Shown piece after piece: positions 58,233 through 64,000 of a stretch of DNA of 64,000 bases; within the stretch, counting starts at the first letter, position 1, and every line of letters begins with the position of its first letter. Origin of the DNA: Myxococcota bacterium (GTDB lineage: Bacteria > Myxococcota_A > UBA9160 > JAFDDA01); contig OZ245817.1 in the NCBI GenBank assembly GCA_965228475.1, positions 1,056,001 through 1,120,000 on the forward strand, written 5' to 3'. The translations under genes and the position numbers were made by a program. The notes beneath the pieces were generated by a model. It saw nothing but the letters and a program-made list of their open reading frames with translations. It made no database searches and was not told the origin of the DNA.

Positions 58233-59310
58233 GGGCGAGTTCGGTGGCGATCTTCGTACCGTCGGAGACCCGGGGAAGGTTCGGCCCGGTGAGCACGGCG
58301 TCTCCGGGGGCGAGCCCGTCGACGACCTCCATGCGGCGGGTGTCGAGCTCTCGCACGCTTACCTCGCGACGCCGGGCCACACCGCCGTCGTCAACGAAGA
58401 CGTAGCGGGACCCGGCGGGCCCCAGGACGGCGTCCTGAGGGACCACCACGGCCTCGCGCGGCTCCGGGATCAGCTCGGCGCGTGCGAACAGACCGGGCTT
58501 CACGCGGTAGTCCGGGTTGCGGATGGGCAGCCGGATCTCCACCGCCCGGGACTCGTGGTCGACGCGGTCGTTGAGGATGTAGACCTCGCTCTCGAAGGCC
58601 CCCTCCACCCCGTCGACGGTGACGCGCGCCGGCGTCCCGAGGCGGATGCGGGGCAGGTGGACGCCCGGGACCTGCACGATCGCCGCGACGATGTCGATCT
58701 TCATGATCTGGACCACCTGGGAGCCGGCGCTCATGAGGGTGCTCATCATGGCGCCCTCATCCACGTAGCGGCGCGTGATGACCCCGGGATAGGGTGCCCG
58801 TACGATCGTGTCCTCGAGGTTCTGCCGAGCCTCGGCCAGCCCCGCCTGCGCCGACTCGTTCCGCGCCAGGGCCGTCTCGTGCGCCGTGCGGACGTCGTCG
58901 AGACGCTCCACCGATGCAACGCCTTGCGCTTGGAGCCGCTCGATGCGTTCCACGTCACGCTCCAGCTTCTGCAGCGCGGCGCGGGCGATCCTCGCCTGCG
59001 CCGCAGCCTGGCGCGCCCGGATCTCGTAGTCGTCGGAGCGCGTGCGGAAGAGCACGGCGCCCTCCTCCACCCGGTCGCCGACCTTCACGGGGATCTCGTT
59101 GATGATCCCGCTCACGCGAGGTCCGATGTCGGTGGTCTTGTGGGCGGCGATGGTCCCGGTGCCAACGATCTTCTCGACGATCTGCTCCCGGGCCACGGCC
59201 GCCACCTCGACGCGAACGGTCTCTGTCGCGCCGGTCGGAGGCGCAAGCGGGTCGGTCTCGCCGCCGCACGCAACCACGCAGGACGCCAGGAGCACGGCCA
59301 CCCGCTTCAC
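58219..59310 (-). CDS. RND periplasmic adaptor lipoprotein
   Basis: VVAC lipobox, VSGII..V..GD.V, IVRAPYPGVI, KPGLFA, GLAPGD. Confidence 0.9.
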   Translation of the reverse strand: MKRVAVLLASCVVACGGETDPLAPPTGATETVRVEVAAVAREQIVEKIVGTGTIAAHKTTDIGPRVSGIINEIPVKVGDRVEEGAVLFRTRSDDYEIRARQAAAQARIARAALQKLERDVERIERLQAQGVASVERLDDVRTAHETALARNESAQAGLAEARQNLEDTIVRAPYPGVITRRYVDEGAMMSTLMSAGSQVVQIMKIDIVAAIVQVPGVHLPRIRLGTPARVTVDGVEGAFESEVYILNDRVDHESRAVEIRLPIRNPDYRVKPGLFARAELIPEPREAVVVPQDAVLGPAGSRYVFVDDGGVARRREVSVRELDTRRMEVVDGLAPGDAVLTGPNLPRVSDGTKIATELAHADR

Positions 59311-59942
59311 CGCTCGACTCCGAAGAGACGCTCGAAGATCCGGCGCACGTCCCCGGCCAGGGCATCCAGCCCCCGTTGTGAGGTGCCTTCGGCCGCTGCG
59401 GCGGCGGCCGTCGTCACCGAGCCGATGAGTGTGAGCGCCAGAGCCTCCGGGTCGATGCCCTGGAGCGGCCCGCTGGCGGCGGCCTCCTGCGTGAGGCCGC
59501 GCACCCAGCCGCTGAAGCTCGCGAAGATCGCCTGGGTCCGGTCGCCCATCGATTGGCGGATCCGCCAGGGAAGCCCGTGCGTGGCTCGAGCGTAGATGCG
59601 AAGCAGGTCCTGGTTCTCCGAGAAGCAGGCGAACAGGGAGTCGATCAGGGCCAGAAGACGCTCCTGCGGATCGGGGATCCCCTCCACCTTGGCGCGAACC
59701 GTCTCGCGGATGGACTCCGCGGCGTTCTCGATCACGGCCTGGAAGAGTCCCTCCTTGGCCTCGAACATGGCGTAGACCGTGCCCAGGGAGACCTCGGCGC
59801 GAGAGGCGATCTCGGCGACCTGGGCGCCGTCGAACCCCTTCTCGGCGAACTCCGCCGCCGCCGCATCGAGGACGTGGGACCGCCGCAGCGCCGCTTCCAG
59901 ATTCCGGCGCTCGGACCGTTTCGACTTCCCCTTTGTAGCCAT
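59307..59942 (-). CDS. TetR/AcrR family regulator
   Basis: VLDAAAAEFAEKGF...IASRAEVSLGTVY.MF.AKEGLF. Confidence 0.92.
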   Translation of the reverse strand: MATKGKSKRSERRNLEAALRRSHVLDAAAAEFAEKGFDGAQVAEIASRAEVSLGTVYAMFEAKEGLFQAVIENAAESIRETVRAKVEGIPDPQERLLALIDSLFACFSENQDLLRIYARATHGLPWRIRQSMGDRTQAIFASFSGWVRGLTQEAAASGPLQGIDPEALALTLIGSVTTAAAAAAEGTSQRGLDALAGDVRRIFERLFGVER

Positions 59943-59964
59943 GGATTCCTCAGTCAGAATAACG

Positions 59965-59976
59965 ATTACTCGTAAT
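59965..59976. promoter_or_regulatory. Palindrome ATTAC-TC-GTAAT upstream of tetR, candidate operator
   Basis: Inverted repeat in an AT-rich patch 22 nt upstream of the tetR start. Confidence 0.45.
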
Positions 59977-60228
59977 AGAATAGCACCTCAGGGGGAGGGC
60001 ACGCGGGCGGAGACGTGGAGGAAGGCCGGTCGGAGCCGGCTAGTGCGGAGGGCCTCCCCGGTCCGGGCCGGAGTCCTCGACCAGGGACGCCCGGCCCGGC
60101 GGCCTCCTTCAACCACCCGGGCCAACGCAGCAGGGACGGCTGCGGAGGTGGCTCTCCGCTATCGCCGCCGTCGTCTGGTCGTGGCGCACTCGCCGTTGGT
60201 CAACACCGACCCGTCGGTTCCGCCGGCC

Positions 60229-61554
60229 TCAGGCCGCGACCCGCGGGCGGTCGAAGGCCAGGGGCAGCGTCTTCGGTCCGCGGAGGATGCCGCTCTCGAG
60301 GAAGCTCACCTCGCCCGGGGCGCGTCGCAGGTTGCGGAAGCGCGCAAACAACTCCTCGAAGGCAACGCGGCCCTCGAGTCGTGCGAGCGACGCGCCGAGG
60401 CAGTAGTGGATGCCGAAGCCGAAGGCCACGTGCTCCTTCGGATTGCGGCGCAGCTCGAAAGCATCTCCGTTCGGGTACTTGCGCGAGTCGCGGTTCGCGG
60501 ACGCGAACAGCACCATCAGGTTCTCGCCCTCGTAGATCTTGGTTCCCGCGATCTCCGTATCGCGCGTCGCCACGCGCGGCAGCATCTGGATCGGCGATAC
60601 GTAACGGAGCGATTCCTCGACGAGGCCCGGGACGAGGGCCGCGTCGCTCTCGACGGCCGCGAGGTCCTCCGGGTGGTCGAGCAGCAGGTGGACTGCGTTC
60701 CCGATCAGGTTCGTGGTCGTCTCGTTTCCCGCTACGAGCATCAAGATCAGGAACAGGATCAGCTCGTGGAAGTCGAGCTTGCCGTCCTTCTCGTCCTCGA
60801 CCAGAACGCTCAGAAGGTCGTCGGCGGGCTGCGCGCGTCGCTCCTCGATGAGTTCCTCCAGGTAGCGCATGAACTCGAGCATCGTTCCGATGAGCGCGCT
60901 TGGCGGAGCCGCCGCCCCGCCCAGGCTGACACCCTCCACCACCGCGTCCGACCAGCGCTTGAAGTCGGCGAAGCGTTCCTCGGGCACGCCCAGTAGCTCG
61001 GCAATCACGGTCACCGGAAGCGGCACCGCGAAGTCACGCATCAGGTCGATCTCTTCCCGGCCTTCGACGGCATCGAGGCAGTCGCGGGCGATCTCCCGGA
61101 TGCGCGGCTCGAGCGCGGCAATCCGCCTCGGCGTGAAGCCTCGATTCACGAGATGGCGCAGCCGCGTGTGGTCCGGCGGATCGGCACTGATCAGAGCCCG
61201 GCTGGAGAGGAACGCCTGCACCAGCTCGAACATTGGCGCGCGACGACCCAGCGCGCGATGGACCGCGCCCACGGCGCGCGCGACGGCCGTCATGCTGGGA
61301 TGCGACAGCACCCGCAGCGGTCCCCGGTTTACCTTGTCGAGGATTCCGCCGCCCAGGAAGGTCTGCAGTGCGTGCGACGAGAAGAGCTCGGGGCTCGTGA
61401 GCACGTGGTGCACGTCGTCGTAGCGCGAGATGGCCCACGCCTGGGAAGACTCGACGCGAAAGACGGGCGCACGTTCGCGGAGTGCGGCGTAGTAGGGATA
61501 GGGGTCGCGTTGCACGTCGCGACGGAAGGGGTCGTAGTCGAGGAAGTCGGTCAC
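60229..61554 (-). CDS. Cytochrome P450
   Basis: DPPDHTRLR, AGNETT, EESLRY, FGFGIHYCLG. Confidence 0.95.
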   Translation of the reverse strand: MTDFLDYDPFRRDVQRDPYPYYAALRERAPVFRVESSQAWAISRYDDVHHVLTSPELFSSHALQTFLGGGILDKVNRGPLRVLSHPSMTAVARAVGAVHRALGRRAPMFELVQAFLSSRALISADPPDHTRLRHLVNRGFTPRRIAALEPRIREIARDCLDAVEGREEIDLMRDFAVPLPVTVIAELLGVPEERFADFKRWSDAVVEGVSLGGAAAPPSALIGTMLEFMRYLEELIEERRAQPADDLLSVLVEDEKDGKLDFHELILFLILMLVAGNETTTNLIGNAVHLLLDHPEDLAAVESDAALVPGLVEESLRYVSPIQMLPRVATRDTEIAGTKIYEGENLMVLFASANRDSRKYPNGDAFELRRNPKEHVAFGFGIHYCLGASLARLEGRVAFEELFARFRNLRRAPGEVSFLESGILRGPKTLPLAFDRPRVAA

Positions 61555-61751
61555 AGGATCCTCCGTTGGCAGGGCGCGCCGGGTTCGGACGCGAGGCTCC
61601 TCATGCGCGCGTGTCGCTCGGGCTCGACGGTGAAGAGGCTGTCGTCGTGAACGGGATCCTCGTCGCGCATCCTGTCGATCACGGCGACCGGAACGGAGGT
61701 GAACTCCTCGCTGAAGTAAGGGTCGGTCGGCGCTTGCTGTGTCGCAGTCAT
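61551..61751 (-). pseudogene. 66-aa ORF resembling an internally deleted P450 N-terminus
   Basis: DRMRDEDPVH resembles (Y..)LR..APV; SLFTVEPERHARMRSLAS resembles DPPEHARLRSIVN of neighbours; AGGAG RBS. Confidence 0.55.
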
Positions 61752-61768
61752 CGTTCTCTCCTGGGCGT

Positions 61769-63043
61769 TCAGGCGGCTTCGTATCGGAGAGGGAGGCTTC
61801 GCGGGCCCCTCAGAAGAAAGGAATCGATGTACTGGGTATCGGTCTCGAGGCGCTCGAGGCGCGTCGCTCGCCCGAGCAGCTCTTCGAACGCGACCTTGGC
61901 TTCGAGCCGGGCGAGTGAGGCACCCAGGCAGAAGTGGATTCCGAAGCCGAACGCGACGTGCCCCTGCGGGTTGCGCCCGACGTCGAATCTCGCTGCTTCG
62001 GGGAACTGCGCGTCGTCACGGTTGGCCGAGGCGAAGAGCGGCAGCACGATCGAGCCCTTCGGGATCTTCGTGCCGGCGACCTCCGTGTCTTCCTTCGCCT
62101 GGCGGAAGAGGGCCTGTACGGGGGAGTCGTAGCGGAGGGCTTCTTCGACGAAGCCCGGGATCAGGGCCGTGTTCGCACGAACCTCGTCCAGCTGATCGGG
62201 ATGCGCCAGCAGCGCCTGGAGGCCATTGCCGATCAAGTTCGTCGTCGTCTCGTTGCCCGCTACCAGGAGAAGCACCGCGAACATGATCACCTCGACGGGG
62301 CTCAGCGTGTCCCCCGCCTCTGCCTGTACGAGCGTGCTGATCAGGTCGTTGGTCGGCTCCTTGCGACGCCGCTCGACGATCTCGTTGAAGTACGCGGTGA
62401 ACTCCGTGAACGTCGCGATCATCTCCTGCGGAGTGGCGGCGCTGCCCGAAGCGCCGGAGACGATCGTGTCGGACCAGCGCTTGAAGTCTGCACGCTTTTC
62501 AGGCTCAACGCCCAGGAGCTCCGCGATGACCTGAACCGGGAGCGGAACGGAGTAGTCGCGAACGAGGTCGAAGGTGCCGGACTCGTCCGCGAGCGTCGCA
62601 TCGAGCAGCTCGCGGGCGATCTCGCGCACGCGTGGCTCCAGAGCCGAGATCCGACGGGGCGTGAATCCGCGGTTCACGATGCTTCGGAGCCGGGCGTGCT
62701 CGGGGGGGTCCGAGGAGATCACCGTCTGCGCCGAGAGGAACATCCCGGGGTCGAAGTCGAGCTGCTCGGCCACCTTCTCGCGCTCGGCTCGGATGTCTTC
62801 GATGTCGAGCGCCATGTTCTGGATGCCACCGGTCATGGCGCTCATCATCATGAGGCGCATGCCGTTGGACGAGAAGGCCTCCGGCTCCTTGAGCACCCGC
62901 ATCACGTCGGCGTACCGGGAGACTGCGTAGAATCCGCTGCTGGGGATCCGATACACGGGCGCCTCTCGACGCATGGCCTCGTAGAGGGGGTAGGGATCCC
63001 GGGTCACATCGGGTGACGTCGGCTCGTAGTGAATGCTCGTCAT
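61769..63043 (-). CDS. Cytochrome P450
   Basis: DPPEHARLR, AGNETT, EEALRY, FGFGIHFCLG. Confidence 0.95.
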   Translation of the reverse strand: MTSIHYEPTSPDVTRDPYPLYEAMRREAPVYRIPSSGFYAVSRYADVMRVLKEPEAFSSNGMRLMMMSAMTGGIQNMALDIEDIRAEREKVAEQLDFDPGMFLSAQTVISSDPPEHARLRSIVNRGFTPRRISALEPRVREIARELLDATLADESGTFDLVRDYSVPLPVQVIAELLGVEPEKRADFKRWSDTIVSGASGSAATPQEMIATFTEFTAYFNEIVERRRKEPTNDLISTLVQAEAGDTLSPVEVIMFAVLLLVAGNETTTNLIGNGLQALLAHPDQLDEVRANTALIPGFVEEALRYDSPVQALFRQAKEDTEVAGTKIPKGSIVLPLFASANRDDAQFPEAARFDVGRNPQGHVAFGFGIHFCLGASLARLEAKVAFEELLGRATRLERLETDTQYIDSFLLRGPRSLPLRYEAA

Positions 63044-63105
63044 CTCGGCCTCCTCAGGCGTCTCGTCGGGAGATGTTCCCCACCCGATGTCGCCATCGAT
63101 GAAAC

Positions 63106-63999
63106 TCAGCGGGGATCGAAGGTCAGCGGCACCGACTTCGGCCCCCGCAGCAGGGTCGACTCCACCATCGGGATCTCGTCGGCCTCGACGCGCAGATTCC
63201 GCGCTCGGCGGAAGAGCTCTTCGAAGGCGACTCGAGCCTCCAGCCGCGCCAGCGCGGCGCCCAGGCAGAAGTGGATGCCGTGGCCGAAGGCCAGGTGGCC
63301 CTGCGGGTTGCGATGGATGTCGAAACGGTCCGGCTGCGGGAACTGGCGCTCGTCCCGGTTGGCAGAGCCGAACAGGACCATCGTGAAGGCGTCCTTCGGG
63401 ATCGTGGCGCCGTCGATCTCGACGTCCTGCGTGACCTTCCTCGGGATGCCCTGGATGGGGGACTCGTAGCGAAGCGTCTCCTCCACCATGCCCGGGATCC
63501 GCGAGGGGTTGGCCTCCACCTCCGCCAGCTGATCAGGGTTGGCAAGGAGCGCCCGCATGGCGTTGCCGATCAGGTTGGTGGTGGTCTCGTTTCCCGCGAT
63601 CAACAGGAGGACGACGAACGACATCACCTCGCCCGTCGTGAGGGCATCCCCCTCCTCGGCCTGAACGAGGATGCTGATGAGGTCGTCGCGCGGGCTCGCG
63701 CGGCGTTCGGCGGCGATGCGCTCGATGTACTCAGCCATCTCCTCCGCCGCCTTCCGCACGTCGTCGGCCGTGAACTCCTGGGAGAGTCCCGAGAGTCCGA
63801 TCACGATGGCGTCCGACCAGTGCTTGAACTGGTCGCGGCGGCCGGCCTCGATGCCGAGGAGCTCCGAGATCACGGTCACCGGGAACGGGATCGAGAGGTC
63901 CGGCACCAGGTCCATCCGCCCGGACGGGACCACCCCGTCGAGGAAGCCGCCGGCGAGCTCTCGGAGCCGCGGCTCCAGCGCAGCGATCCGGCGCGGCGT
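63106..63999 (-). CDS. Cytochrome P450 (5' part outside window)
   Basis: Frame open to the edge (TPRRIAALEPRLRE...), AGNETT, EETLRY, FGHGIHFCLG. Confidence 0.93.
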   Translation of the reverse strand, partial: TPRRIAALEPRLRELAGGFLDGVVPSGRMDLVPDLSIPFPVTVISELLGIEAGRRDQFKHWSDAIVIGLSGLSQEFTADDVRKAAEEMAEYIERIAAERRASPRDDLISILVQAEEGDALTTGEVMSFVVLLLIAGNETTTNLIGNAMRALLANPDQLAEVEANPSRIPGMVEETLRYESPIQGIPRKVTQDVEIDGATIPKDAFTMVLFGSANRDERQFPQPDRFDIHRNPQGHLAFGHGIHFCLGAALARLEARVAFEELFRRARNLRVEADEIPMVESTLLRGPKSVPLTFDPR

Positions 64000-64000
64000 G

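Noticed and set aside
61551..61751. RiPP precursor for P450 crosslinking
   Set aside because: Better explained as P450 N-terminal fragments; no aromatic core motif at the C-terminus
1..64000. CRISPR arrays, tRNA/rRNA genes, IS transposases, att sites
   Set aside because: None recognised by eye; a tRNAscan/CRISPR/IS search would be needed to exclude them formally

Overview
High-GC bacterial window; the gene content (sigma-54 regulator, P450 array, multiheme cytochromes) is compatible with Myxococcota, which is inference only. It has four blocks. (1) About 1-33.7 kb is a copper/heavy-metal island: copB end, K+ channel, APC permease, an FAD/2Fe-2S oxidoreductase-membrane protein-heptaheme cytochrome trio, GDH, HtrA, porin plus diheme lipoprotein, a damaged TolC/MFP/CusA-CzcA RND operon, cupredoxin, ECF sigma/anti-sigma, CsoR-CopA, DUF411 and a CueR-like merR-merC-trx operon. 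Eight copies of an ECF-type promoter motif (GTCACC-N14-CCGTA) precede island genes. (2) 33.9-42.2 kb is a coupled operon of MMPL transporter, histidine kinase, sigma-54 response regulator, LolA-like protein and BtaA-like DUF3419 enzyme, followed by RES and HEPN defence-like cargo. (3) 44.5-54.6 kb is a Tn4371-like trbBCDEJLFGI-DUF2274 operon behind a consensus sigma-54 promoter, with no relaxase, coupling protein or integrase in the window. (4) 54.6-64 kb holds PaaI, a TetR-MFP-RND efflux operon and tandem P450s. Best candidate for a new system: a lipid-signal make/export/sense module gating conjugation through sigma-54. All family calls come from motif recognition by eye; no searches were run.
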